Assembly: GCA_900617105.1 (NCBI GenBank) | Contig: UYFQ01000385.1 | Coordinates: 1-33,209 of the forward strand | Reading direction: 5' to 3' | Length of the DNA: 33,209 nucleotides | DNA from: Hydrurus foetidus | Lineage: Eukaryota | Shown here: in pieces, positions 11,813-24,500 of the stretch | Numbering within the stretch: position 1 is the first letter of the stretch | Layout of the letters: each line of letters begins with the position of its first letter | The notes under the pieces: generated by a model | What the model saw: only the letters and a program-made list of their open reading frames with translations | What the model was told of the DNA's origin: nothing | The model's database searches: none | Program-made: the position numbers and the translations under genes

Positions 11813-13621
11813 GTGGTAAAAGTATGACGTGTTACAAACGTCAATTTATTGGGATTGGGAGCCCCATCAGGTCCATCTGATCTACTCTTTGACTGCTCCT
11901 GAACCTACTCTAGTCCTTTCTGCAGGAAATCCAGAATCGGAAGAGGTTGTCTGTACGTCAATTCGTCTTTTACGACTTTGTTTGTACCTTCCAGTCCATT
12001 TGTGTTTACAACATAGTTGTGGGCGTGTCCTGATGTCCAATTTCCGAGTCGCTCATTGCACCATTCCATTCCGACTTAAAATGCTCAGTAATACTAAGCA
12101 CAACAGGGTTTGGACGCTGTTCCCACTTTTTGAAATATAGGGCTTTCAGCAGGATTGCAACTGCAGGTGTCCATGTATAGGAAATTGCATTTATATCCTG
12201 CATGAATTCAGCTTTAACTTGTAGGTCCACGATTCTCTTCGCGTGCTTTTCCGTTGCCTTTAAAAATTCATGGCATAAAAATAATTTAAAAAATGAAAAA
12301 TAAAAAAGTTTCATGTAGAAATCGGATGGGTGATCGAACTTCTAGGAAAGGTTCACACAACGCCAGTATAAGTGCTAAGGAGGTTGTACCTTGTACACAT
12401 GGGCAAAGCACATCAATCTTGAAGTTATGGAGTCAAACACTGCGATGGCGGCATTGGCAAATGCCTCAGCTCCGTCCCCTAGGTAGGCCGTCGGAAGAAA
12501 TGCGGGGGCATGCTCTCGGATTGCGCGAAGGTAGATTTCGCCGACCTCCTGCGTCGAGTTTGTAGAGACGCCGATGGCCCTGATTTTATAGGGATAAGGT
12601 AAATTACATGACAGATACATCTCATTTCATAGAAAATTAGCGCCTGGATACCTCAAATGCCAGACTCTGTTCATGTCGCTTTGGCCGATGAGAGTCAGTG
12701 CGTAACCTTCGTGGACTACTTTAAATCTTTTATCAGTCTCGATGGGCGTCGAGCTGTCCAGCTCGCTGAGAAGTCGTCTCGTAGATAGAACAATCGCAAA
12801 AAATGGTTCGGACTTCTGACTGTCGATTACACAATCTATGCTGCAGGCGTCATGATCTCTACTCTCGGGCTTGAGTTCGGTTGCCGCTGCAAAGTCGAAG
12901 ATGTCCTGGAGGCTTTGATCTCCAACGGCCACGCCTCCTCTTTGCCTTTTTTTTAAGTACGATGTATAGCTAGATATCATGGCTGTTTTCGGCGTTGGTA
13001 TGGGGTCTTCATTAGCCAGATTGGCTACCTGCTGTAGTCTGTTGAATTCCCTGATGACCTGAGATAAAGTAATGACGTTTTGTTGGTTACAGATGTCTTA
13101 TCTTTTCAGGAATCATATCTGACGAGCAAGGTGAAATAGAGTACCTTTTTTGGCGTTGCCTGCCCTCTTTCAATACTGAGCCGAACAATACCTTTCTGCA
13201 GTGCTGTGAGTCCTCTTTCGCGAGCGACTTCCACCTGGTGATTGTGCTCGGTTGCCGTAAGTACCTCTATTTCGAAGTGTGGTATGTCTTCATTGTAGTC
13301 TAGATTTTCTAGTAGTCGACTCCGATATGGGCACGCGGATACAGAGCATCGAAGGTAAGTTACTCGTACTCCGAAATTATGATTCATGCGGTGCTTTGAG
13401 AGCTTCATCTCCCTCAAGTACTCATCGACCTGCAAGACTGTACACGATGCAATGATCAGATTAGCTCGTCGGAGTACAATGACTATGTTATCAATCAATG
13501 ACGCAGAAACTTCTTTACCAGTGTCAAAAGTCAGGCTTGATGCCCAATCAAGACCTTGACCGCGGCCGCCCTCAGCTGCTGCATTGATTGCTGCTACACC
13601 TGCATCAATTTCTGGATCCAT
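11813..13621 (-). pseudogene. MULE transposase, 5' and core part with four introns (13430-13510, 13059-13144, 12580-12651, 12258-12389); frameshift, stop codon, then LTR insertion
   Basis: N-terminal C-x4-C...HNH zinc finger (RCSVSACPY...EHNH); DDE core IETDKRFK, LGDGAEAFANA, CFAH, TNGLEGTNKVVK; 5-bp duplication at 12061-12070 and in-frame TAG near 11907. Confidence 0.88.
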
Positions 13622-14175
13622 CGTCAATTGATTTGATTTAATCTCGCTTGTGCTTTGCACTTTGCACTGCAGTGATGCTCAGATATCTCTGAATCAAACT
13701 ACAGATTTGTCCGATATTGGGTGATGTTGGTGAAAAAAGTCGGTGGCTGTCAGAAATAACGATCTTCAACTTTATAGCTGTTTTGTGTATAAAAAAGTTT
13801 CCCGTTCCATATTAAAGTTGTAAATTACCAATTAAAGTTGAAATTCTCATTTTACAGTTGCGTAAAAAAAATAGTGCCGCCATACACCAAAAAAGTGCTA
13901 TATTCCAGAAAATAGTTGCATTCCATAGATAAAGTTAATTATTACAGATTTTAGCTGTCCGTTATTGTGGTCCCGATCTTGAATCTATACACGTCACGTT
14001 TTTTATCGGGGGGAACCTGGACTTGATTGAAGCTTTTTGTCGAGTCAGCAGTCTAGCTCGAGCCAAAGAGCTCAAAACAGTACAGTACTTGTTCACCGAG
14101 TTGTTGCGTGACGAGGTCACCCACCGAAATGTTCACCGATAAGAAGAGGACACTGTAAAGTAAGTGAGAGCATAC

Positions 14176-16351
14176 ATGGCTGAGGATTCCAGGGAGTTGA
14201 ATGCTCCCGCCAATGACGACGACGAGACGACCGGCGGACGGAAGAAAAGACTACTCAAAAAAGCGCCAGATGCACCGAAAAGATTCAAAACTGCCTACAT
14301 TTGTTTCGTCATGGAGAAAATGGATATAGTGAAAGAAAACTCTTCGAAGGAAGAAAAGGTAACTTTCCTATTTGAGAACCTCGTGGACGAAATTTTCGGA
14401 AGGGGTTTATTTATCTCATGATCACGAAATGTTTCAGGTGACCGAACTGATGAAAAAACTTGCGTCGATGTGGCAAGACTTACCTGCGGGCGAGAGGCAA
14501 AAGTATGATGCAATGGCCGAAGTTGATAAACTCAGGTGCTATCGGTGAAGGCACTACACGATGGTTACGCATCTTCAACATAAGACAACTTCTCTCGTCA
14601 TCGTCAATCATGCTGATGAACCGTTATGCACTAACATATTTCCCTTTCTCATCTGCTCTAGATATTTATCTGAGATGTCCAGATACACAGGACCGATGCA
14701 TGTTCCGAATAAGCGCATCAAAAAGCCAATTGGAGCACCGAAACGAGCCATGTCGTCATTTCTTTCTTACAGTCAACTCATGCGTCCTGAAATTCGATTG
14801 CAATACCCTCATCTAAAGAATACAGATGTATCTAGTGTACTCGCCCAGAAGTGGCACGAGGCGAGCAAGGAAGAAAAGAAACCTCATATCGAGAGAGAAC
14901 TCAGAGATCGGGAGAAGTATCACGAAGATATGGCTCAATGGAGGCAAGATGAGCAAGAGCGATTGGAATCAAACAGGGCGTCTACGGAGTTCGCGAACGG
15001 CCATTTCGAGGAAATAGGGCAACGCCACCTGCACTCGAGCATTCCAAAAGAAACCTTCCCGTCGATATGGGCCGCGATGATTGATGTAGATGAGCCTGGC
15101 GGGACCGGAGCAGGCACATATTCGCCTCTCTATGACGACGCCATGGACGGCTTCTGGGACATCGATGTCGAAGACAATAACGAAGAAGGAACCTCCGATG
15201 GCAGTGTCCCGACCACTATATCAGCCCCTGCCGACGGCGTTAATTCTGATTCTTCGAGATTCTTAAGTGAAAATACGACCAATCAGGCGACCGTAAAGAA
15301 CAGAAGGCTAGCGGAATGCGTCATTCCTCTCACGGGGCGGCAGCTGGAAGTCCAGCAGAAGCGACAGCAACAACAGCACCAGTATCAGATGTACCAACAG
15401 CACATCTTGAACCAAAAACATAAAGTCGACAAGGGCAGAGATGACCTAAGCATGTCCGGAACAATCGTCGCGCAAATGACTCAGGAACGGGTCTTTCAGC
15501 GTGAGAGTTCCATCAGGTCCTTGTCAGCAGGCGCCATCGTGAAGGGGGGTCGTCTGCACTCCCAGAGCATGGTGAACGAGAGGATGTCATCTCGAGAGGC
15601 GCAGCAGGCGCACATGCTGCCGGCCTATCAGGGCCTACAATCCACCCACATGACCCGGTCGTCAGAGAGGCCGGACAGCCCTTATTGTCCCTCATCCAAC
15701 TCCTTCGCGGCCGCTACGCAGTTGCCACCAATTGTAGGAGACGAGAGATATTCGCACGATCCTCCTCAAAGCTACTCGTCTCAAAGTTCAAAGTCACCGA
15801 CTTTAAGTCAAGGAGTTCCTCTCCCTCAGCCCCAGTCGATGAGATATTTCCAATTCGAAGAGCAGGATCAGATGAGCGTTATGCAGACTTTGATGGCAGT
15901 GCACAGAGCTACAGCTAGTCGCGCTGGCGACTCCGAGACCGTGAGATCACTAGACCGCATGCAAATGGGCCAACACAGTCAAGGTCACGGTCTTTACTCC
16001 GACAGATCGATTACGTCTAGACCGATGCAACCTCCAAGCCAGCTCATCCAACCAAGTAGCAACAGGGAAGGGCGCATGTACACTTCCACCAGCAGTGACC
16101 TACTGTACGGGAGCATAGCACCAGCCGAGTGCGCACCACTAAGTCTCGTACAGCAGGAAAGACAGAATCAAACGGAACGGATGCAATTGTCGAACAGGCA
16201 GCAGAAGCAGCTGCAGGACATGCTCGCACTGCAACAGAGGGAGCAAGCGGAGCAGAGCCACCAGCACTCCTTCTCCATAGTATCAGCGTCCTCCGCATCA
16301 TCGTCATTGAGTTTTACCAACTCAGTCTATGGACGAGATCGAAACGCCTAA
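14176..16351 (+). CDS. Protein with two HMG boxes and a long Q/S-rich tail; exons 14176-14358, 14438-14535, 14662-16351
   Basis: APKRFKTAYICF...LASMWQDL...QKYDAMA and APKRAMSSFLSY...LAQKWHEA...REKYHEDM; GT-AG introns keep frame. Confidence 0.9.
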
Positions 16352-17626
16352 ATGTCAGCAAATTTCTTATGCAATAGAAACACAAAACAACAACTCAATG
16401 TCCCTAAACTAACCAGTTAGGTGATATCTTATTCGCAAGACCTCAACACAAAACTATTCAATATTTCCACCTTTGTGTCCATACCACTAATCACACATTT
16501 TCCCAATAGCGAAGGATGGGGCCGATCCACGTTAGTCATCTTAGACTCCAACACGCACATACCCTTACAGACAACGAATGTGACACAACGTCTGGGACCA
16601 GTCAGTTGGCCAGTCGGCGACAGCAATTATCATGTTTCAGCCCCTTCAACGTTCAGCTCCGCAATGGGCATAGGCCACGCGCTATCGATTACTTTAGGCA
16701 TGGACGCACGAAACATCGTCTCGTCCGGATCCGCTTCTTGTTTAGCATCTAACCCGCACTTTTCTGTTTCATAGATGCCTTCATGTCCATCTGGTGATGT
16801 AAATAACGTTGTTAGATACTCGACACATTCTGTAACGACAGAGGCAATTTTTTATGACGACGATAAGAATGCATGAGCACGAAATGAAAAGGCCACCCAC
16901 TCATGAGATTTTTTCAGATCTCTCGTTGCCACCAAGATACACGATGCTTACGAATCGAGAGGCCATTCATGTGGTCCATACCTCAACCACTTCCCAAATT
17001 CACTAACAAACGCTGTCCTTGAGTAGCGTATTCTTCCATGGAAGAGCGCCTCCAGTTACAGAATACTATCCAAAAATAGAAAATAGCGAAACACCCCTTG
17101 TACTAGAAGGAATCTCGCTTCATAATCATCGCGTTTGCAAAGGATTTCATTGCATCAGTCCTTCATACTACCCTCAGCGACTTCCCAAAAGTTCCAGAGG
17201 CAAGAGGCGTGAATAACCAAGATAAATTCGGAGACGCTCGCAACACAGCAGTGCCTTCCGATTTTATGATAGCTCTACTCTTATCTCTACTAATTTCACG
17301 ACTCTCTTAATTCATGATAGCTCGACTCTTCAATATTTGCTCCTCACCGCGAAACTGTTCACGATGACAGTCTGGCGATGCATTTAACCTGATGCCGAAA
17401 CCCAGACCCAAAGTCGCTTTTCATTTTTCATGGGCTGAAAGTTGAAAGTCATCGTTTTTGAATTATGGAGCGAGTTCGAGTTGAGTGTTGAGAGAGTTGC
17501 CTTCTAATTTCTAATTTCTGTCTCCTTCACCCTTCACTATACCAGAAATCCTCACGAATCAGATCGCATCTCGATCTGGTATCTGGTTCATCCGTAAGCT
17601 CTCGCGAAAAGACCGTTATTATCGAT

Positions 17627-18166
17627 ATGACACTTCCTGAGTCCAGTTCGGATCTGGTGATTGCAAATCACTACCCAGCTATTGAAAGAGTCCTCGGACA
17701 CCTGAGAGCAAGGCTAAACATACCGTCTCCATTAGAATTGGTCCAGGACGTAGCAGTGGACTTTGATCATTCTAGAAAATCCGATAATTCTATGTCAGAA
17801 CGAGATTTGAAAAGCGCTGACTGGATCGGCACAATTCAATTTGAGGATCAGAAGTCTGACATAGATTTCAACGATAGTGCAATTACTCAAAGCCCATGTC
17901 CTAGGCCTCAAACAAATTTTCAAGTAGCCTCCGTAACTCACTTTTCATCAGCATCGGAGGCAAACAATTTAGCTGTCTCATTGGGGGATAACGGTGGCTT
18001 TCACGGTGATAATACCTCAAAACCTTCCTCTCAATATTCGCATCAGGAGAGAACTGCTTTCATAAGAAAACTTGCGAAAGAAGTGACGCCGGGCAGCAGA
18101 CGTATTTACTTTATTGCAAAGCAGCTCGCTCTTTCGTCGTCTGCGGAGCCTACAAAAGTCTATTGA
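17627..18166 (+). CDS. Hypothetical protein, 179 aa
   Basis: ATG-initiated ORF with protein-like composition; no recognised motif. Confidence 0.45.
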   Translation: MTLPESSSDLVIANHYPAIERVLGHLRARLNIPSPLELVQDVAVDFDHSRKSDNSMSERDLKSADWIGTIQFEDQKSDIDFNDSAITQSPCPRPQTNFQVASVTHFSSASEANNLAVSLGDNGGFHGDNTSKPSSQYSHQERTAFIRKLAKEVTPGSRRIYFIAKQLALSSSAEPTKVY

Positions 18167-18600
18167 GTGAGCAGCAACAGCGAACTCTATGTCTAAGCTG
18201 GTTCCGACACGACAATGGATGCTTTTTAATCTTAAAGGATTCCGTGTTCTACATTGAAAGAGCCAAATAAAATCATTGAAGAAGTACATTTGAAAATGTC
18301 GAAACGACTCTGCCGCAAAATTCATTGGGCTGGAACATTCAAAGTAGGAATTTCCCGAATATGTTCCGTAGGAATGAGAGTGATTTGGGCAGACAAACAA
18401 CTCGCGCAAAGAATAATCAGGATGTGAGATGTAACAGATGCACTAAATGCAGTGAACAGACGTGATTGAAATGGTATGTGCGCGCAATGCAGTATTTGTG
18501 TGATGCTAATGTCAAATCAGACTTCATCACATGAAATGAAATATACCTCACTGTTTCAATTCGTAACAGTTTGCATATTTTTCACTCCGCACTTGTTCAT

Positions 18601-20689
18601 CTATTTCTTCGACTCTCTCTCGAGTCTTGCCTGAATTCTCGTGCTCTCCTTTAAAACCCCTGCGACAATTTTTTCTTTTTCTTTTTCCCAGGCGTATTTT
18701 GACTTGAAGTAGTAGGATATTTTCTCCACTGATGGATTGTACAGATCGAACGATTCATTGAGCCAATTCATTGATGTAGAATTAAACCGTATGCCCTGAA
18801 GAATTGAGTAATTTAGAATGCAATACTGTTAAATAAATGAGCGAAAGATGGTATTTGGACGCAGTATAAGAAGGGTGCATAGAAACGCACATGTTCCGAT
18901 TCATCATCGTTACCACAGCTTTCTCTCTTACCTGTGCGATGAGCTCTGCCCCCTCTACAGCGAACACTTCCTAATAGGATATGACGAAATGGAAGACAAG
19001 AAGAGGAGTCAGATGGGTCTAATATGGGGAACGCGTCTTGAGGAGGACAAAACCAATTGTGACTTCCATTGACTCCATCAAGCAGAGGTCAGCGAACAAC
19101 ACAGCGCAAACATGAAAAATCAATTAAGCTACGACACAATCGACTGGTGAAAAATGCGCACACAACTTAATCTCACCACTTTCGTGTATGCTATCCCCGA
19201 TACGGGTGACGCTGTTTTGGGACTTAACACGGATATTTCACCGAATATCTGTCCCGCCCCCAAGAGCCCTACAGTGGATGACCACATCTCCCTCGTACTG
19301 TCGAAGGCACTTGCCCTATTCTTGCTCTCCTTGAGCTTAGAAGGCGAACAGGATCGTAAGATGTCTCTCAGGTCTTTTGCTTGTCTGCTCTGTCTTGTTA
19401 TATCCCTCGGGAGTGTCGATGATTCTGAGGGGGAAGGTGTACCATGGTGGTGCCAAGAAGAAGAGGAAGACGCGGAGGGAGATGACGCACGTGAGCTAAC
19501 CGTTCTCTTCACTAGTGAACTCCTACAGTAATTGATTTCAAAGCATTAAAATTGGCGTACGAAAATGACGTCTGATGATGTGCCACCAGGTAAAAGGAGA
19601 TGAAGATTAGAGGGGTCAGCTAGAGCACTCACCTCCTCGCTCTCGGTGCAGAAGATTCGAACTGGTCGATCCACTTCTTCTCAATGACCCACAGACCGGG
19701 AGGAGCCAGCCCTGTTAAATGGGCAGAGCCCACACCGATATCGGACATGACCACTTCGTCATCGTCACTTCTCCTGTTTCTCACTGCACTGCTACATCCT
19801 CTGTTTCGATCTTTGTTCCCGTCCCTAACTCTGATCGATGAAGCTGATGTGCCGCGTATACTCTTGATGCCTTTCGTCGGGGATGATATGTTGATACCTG
19901 TGCCTGACATCGGTCTCTCTCTGTCCCTTCTTCTCGTTGATGTGAGACTGAGACTAGGCACAGGAATAACAGCATCCGCTGCAGAGGGACAGGACATAGG
20001 CTGGGGCAGCTCCTTAATCAATTTAACCACACCCGATCTCACGATGAACAAATCTCTCATCACCTCTCCGCTAGATAATAATTCCTCTCCCATAGTATAA
20101 TACATCACTTTCATTTTTGAAACGATGTAATTGATTTTTGTTTCATCAAAATTTGAGAAGGGTTTACAACTCAACACCATCTTTTTCATTTCTGCTCTTA
20201 AATCGACATCACACCTTCTCGTCACTGCTTTATAATCTGTAGACTGAAGTTCAAGAACTGTTGACATTTGAGTGCATACTGCTGATGATGTACGTCTCAC
20301 CGGATAATCTCCGTAATCTATTTCTTCTTCTCCAACTACCATTCCTTTTGTCAGTTTTTGCATTGATTTAAAGGAGTACGGAACATTCCCCGCTGGAGGA
20401 ATATTATCAACATGAGTTTCTGTTCTTTCGAAGGGCACGAGTACAATTTCTCCAGACAGTACTATCAGTAGGGAATGAGCATGCTCCCCTACCCTGTATA
20501 TAACACCGCCCTTCTCAATAGTCCTCATGTCTAATTTCTTTGCGAAGTCACCTAGTGCTCTTCTATCACAAGAATAATGGCTGAAGAAAGGTACTTTAGT
20601 GAGGAACTCAACCACAGCATCATCCGATGAAACCTTCAGAGATACGAAAAGGAGAAAAGAAGTGAGAAAGGTAGAAAGAAGAAAGAGAA

Positions 20690-20724
<35 letters not shown>

Positions 20725-21821
20725 GAAAGAAGTTCAAATGCCATCAGAAGATTATCATTGCATTCAAAACAATGCGAAAGTTGCTGTACCTCCCCTGCTG
20801 AGGAAAGATGTAGAGCGGAGTGCTGGTGCATCATAGAGTCGATAAGTGATTTCTTCTTTGACAGCGATTTCCGCGAATCTAAAGACGACTTATTCATGCG
20901 CCTCTGCATGCTTAGTATCACGTCGTCTACTGGCGCACTCTCTCGAAATGATTGCAGCAGCTAAGGAATTGTATCAAATAGACGATGGAGATTTTTCATT
21001 TTAGTGCGGAGATAGTCACGGAGAAGAAGACAAATAACAGCTGTATAGCAGTGAATGCTTCACATAGCAGGCACAAATAATTTGGCATTGTCAGCTTCAA
21101 AGCAGAGAAAGGGAATTTCTGCTGCATTGCTTACTTGAGTTGAATCAGGAATTGTCAGGGTGTTTCCTGCAATTAGTTCTTTACCCAAAGAGGGCTGCAT
21201 TATCACAGCGCGACAAATTATGGTCTCATTGATCGCTTCTATATAATTGCCTTTTTGACGTAGTAGCAAGCTTCTATTTTTCCGGAATATCAAATTTGAA
21301 GGATCGAGAGAGATAGCGCGATTGATACCCTGAAGTGCAAGTTCTGTGCGGCCCTGGGCATTATGCAGTCCCGCTCTATTGAAATGAGCTGGTGCGTAAT
21401 AAGGATAGATACTTAGGACCGTTGTGTAATCACTGATAGCAAGATTCACTTCCCCGACTCGCTCGTAAGCGAGAGCGCGCTGAAAATATTGAGGGAAAAG
21501 GTGGTACTCAGGCTGATTTGACTGGCCATCCACGCCATCGTTCTGACCACCACCATGGAGAGAATTCAGCATAATGATATTCGTGTTGCTTTTAATATCC
21601 CTTTCGAAAAGACCACGCGATCTATGATGCAGTCCTCTCGCTGATAGTTGAGCATCAGAGTTCTGGGATGGTTCTATCGACCTCTTCATTAGCAAATTCA
21701 ACTGCGTCACCTGAAATGTACCGTTTCCCAAGTAATCAATTTCGAATGGCATCATTTCTTTTTGTGTGGTGTGTTCAATATTTGGCTTAAATGACGTATC
21801 CTCGACAACATTGCAGTCCAT
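18601..21821 (-). CDS. TPR-repeat plus cyclic-nucleotide-binding domain protein; exons about 21821-21135, 20960-20790, 20633-19633, 19522-19177, 18970-18932, 18795-18601
   Basis: TPRs (YFQRALAYERVGEVNLAISDY; AHFNRAGLHNAQG; FRKNRSLLLRQKGNYIEAI); cNMP motifs (IYRVGEHAHSLLIVLSGEI...GEEE...RTSSA; LFIVRSGVVKL...GQIFGEISVL); all junctions GT-AG and in frame; start codon uncertain. Confidence 0.82.
20648..20731. repeat. AAAG/TTTC microsatellite within an intron
   Basis: aagaaagaaagaaagaaaga run. Confidence 0.85.
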
Positions 21822-22264
21822 TTTAGACCCTTCTCGGTAGTCGCCTGAAAGTTTGACGCTGACGTCGCCGCTGTGCAGTTTCAACAACTAATTTAGTCTG
21901 CTGAGAAGAGAGACAGAGTCAATGTCTTCCCCGCCCAATATTCTCTAAATAGCGATAAGGGTGTATGTGATTATGCCAGATGATGTCACAATTTTACTTG
22001 TTGCCGTGTTCCTGAACACAACGACATCACTCGGACATCGAGTTCAGTTTCAATCCATCCGTTGAAACGGTACTGCGGCCCTTGGGCGCAGTACGGAGTA
22101 CTACGGTACAGAACAACAGAACCGTGTAAGTTCAACTAAACTCAACTCAAGAACTGTGGGGAATATTATTCACTCGGTGGAAGTTTGTCATCCGAATCCA
22201 GTCCAAGTCGTCTGCTTCACTGTGTTTCTCACTCATTGATGGTATTTGGACTTCGAGATTGCAA

Positions 22265-23306
22265 ATGAGCAGCCTAGCTGACGATGAAACCTTTGAACGA
22301 ACTCTTTGTCAGCTCTCGCAGTGTCATGTGTTCAAGATTCCAGTGAGAAAGACTGCAGGTAAACATTCAGTAGATGTTTAGCAAATCATAGCAACAAGCA
22401 ATCATCATTGGATCATTCGTCGAGAGTTACTATACAATAGCGGCTGATAAGAGCTACCAACAACTGCATTCATTTAGATGGGCATAGAGCATCGGACTGG
22501 CCTAAAGAACATACATGGGCTGGAAAATTGAAAATTTCAGCGAGAGGTCGTCTGGCCGTCATTACTCTTCTTGATAGCAAAACAAATCAAGTTTTCGCGA
22601 CATGTTCAGTCACAGATGATTCTTGTGTTGAGAAAACCTTAGACAGTGGAAGGTACTTCGTGCTGAAAATTCAGAACGCCCAAGGACGTCATGCCTTCAT
22701 CGGCATTGCTTTTAATGAAAGAAATGACTCCTTCGACTTCAATGTGGCGCTTCAAGAGCATAAAGCGGAATGCGAGAGAGAAGATCGGGCGCAATCAGAG
22801 CCCGTCGCTTCTTCCATATGCGCTCCTCTCCGTGACTTGAGCTTGAAGGCAGGGGAGAAAATTACTGTAAAATTAGGCGGCGCCACCAATGTTAGTCGGA
22901 GTCAATACTTCATATAATGCCAACATAAGTAGACCCACTCAGCCCGTGATAGGAAATCTAATTGCGAACCTATAATTTCTCGCAGGCTGTCAAGAAAGAA
23001 AAGAAACCGATGGGTGCATTGCTGCCTCCTCCTAGCGCGGGAGGCAGTCGCGGTCTACTCGCTCCGCCTCCTAACAGAGGACTTCTTGCGCCGCCTCCAG
23101 GAGATTCTCGCTCCAGCTTTGACACCTCGAAGTCTGCTGCAGTGGCTCCTTCCTCTTCATTGGTGGATTTCGGTAGCGTAGATCATTTTGGTTCTTCAGT
23201 ACCGAAGGCTTCTGGTGCTACGGATGCGTTTGGATTCCCCGTAAGCGTCAGCACGACTACTACTGCACCGCGGCAAAATAATTCCTCAAGTTTACTTGAT
23301 TTCTGA
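22265..23306 (+). CDS. NECAP: Adaptin ear-binding coat-associated protein; exons 22265-22358, 22478-22890, 22986-23306
   Basis: PHear domain motifs HVFKIP...GHRASDW...WAGKLKI, DSGRYFVLKI, HAFIGIAFNERNDSFDFNVALQ, DLSLKAGEKITV; LLPPP repeats. Confidence 0.92.
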
Positions 23307-23525
23307 AATGATAGATGCTTCCAATATCAAAAAAAGCGCATCGCCAGCACATGATGTAAGAGGCTTCTGAGTTGAACTGTGATGTTGTCTGGTTTTAGTT
23401 ATACATTTCGATCAAAGTAGTTACATTTGTTATATTTGCTCATTCATGGCATTAGATAAGGGATCCGTTCCACGTATTAATCGCGCTCCGCTCCATGCTC
23501 CATGTAACGACTTGTAACTTTTTAC

Positions 23526-24295
23526 TTAGTGGGCCTTCTGGAGTGAGTCTAGAGTGTCGGTCACTTGCTGCACAATGTCTGATGTGCCGTATCCTTTCGC
23601 GCCGTCTGCGCCCTCAGCAACGATTTGTTCCTTGATCCATGCGCAGGTGGTCTTAAGTCCGACTCTGATTGGGATGGATGGGGCCCATCCGATCTTGGCC
23701 TTGATCATGGTGTTGTCACTGTTTCTGCCTCTCACACCCATGGGGCCGGGGATATGCTTGATTGGTAGGTCCTTGCCCTCGAAACTCATCGCGATCTTCG
23801 CGAACTCGTTCATGTCCACCATTTCGTCGGTACCCAGATTGAGAGGCTCGTGGCAGTCGGAAAGCATGATTCTGATGGATCCCTCCACACAGTCATCGAT
23901 GAACATGAAGGAGCGTGTCTGGAGTCCATCTCCCCACAGCTCGAATTCTTTGTCAGAAACAATCGCCTTACGGCAGAAGGCGGCGGGACTCTTCTCTCTG
24001 CCGCCTTTCCATGTTCCTCGGGGACCGTACACGTTGTGGTAACGTGCGATGCGGGTCTTGATTGGGAAATCTTTGGCATAAGCTAACGCCATCTCTTCAG
24101 CGTAAAGTTTTTCGAGACCGTAGGTGTCCTGAGGACGAGCGGGCCAGGCCATATCTTCGCTGAGACCGACATTCTCTGGATCCATCTGAAGTGCCTCGTT
24201 GTAGACACATGCGGTGGATGAATAGAAAAATCTGGGGACGTGGTTCTGTCTGGCGGCATCCAACATGTTGAAGGAGATCATGGTGTTGTTGTAGA
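23526..24295 (-). pseudogene. GME: 5'-truncated tandem duplicate of GDP-mannose 3,5-epimerase lacking the NAD-binding N-terminus
   Basis: 23354-24295 repeats 24329-25270 (offset 975) with about 5 substitutions. Confidence 0.85.
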
Positions 24296-24500
24296 AAGTA
24301 CAAGTTGATTTGACTCTTTGAACACGTAATGTAAGAGGCTTTTGAGTTGAACTGTGATGTTGTCTGGTTTAAGTTATACATTTCGATCAAAGTAGTTACA
24401 TTTGTTATATTTGCTCATTCATGGCATTAGATAAGGGATCCGTTCCACGTATTAATCGCGCTCCGCTCCATGCTCCATGTAACGACTTGTAACTTTTTAC

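Larger units (their letters stand above)
4086..13974 (-). mobile_element. Mutator-like (MULE) DNA transposon with imperfect TIRs and perfect 9-bp TSD GATCTTGAA (4077-4085 and 13975-13983)
   Basis: Ends GG...CC; left ataacgtgcaactaaaatctgg..tctatggaatcgcaact matches reverse complement of right end ataacggacagctaaaatctgt..tctatggaatgcaact; subterminal CAACT(A/T)TT repeats; encodes a MULE transposase. Confidence 0.9.

Noticed and set aside
4098..13964. TA target duplication at the best-matching TIR core, implying a Tc1/mariner-type boundary for the large element
   Set aside because: A perfect 9-bp direct repeat slightly further out with GG...CC ends fits the MULE transposase better
16630..17040. 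Possible small minus-strand spliced gene with in-frame TGA (MEEY...LGSG-U-ECVEYL, TGA at 16983-16985), suggesting a selenoprotein
   Set aside because: No convincing SECIS seen downstream, no family recognised, and alternative donors avoid the TGA; the exon 16829-16630 may still be coding
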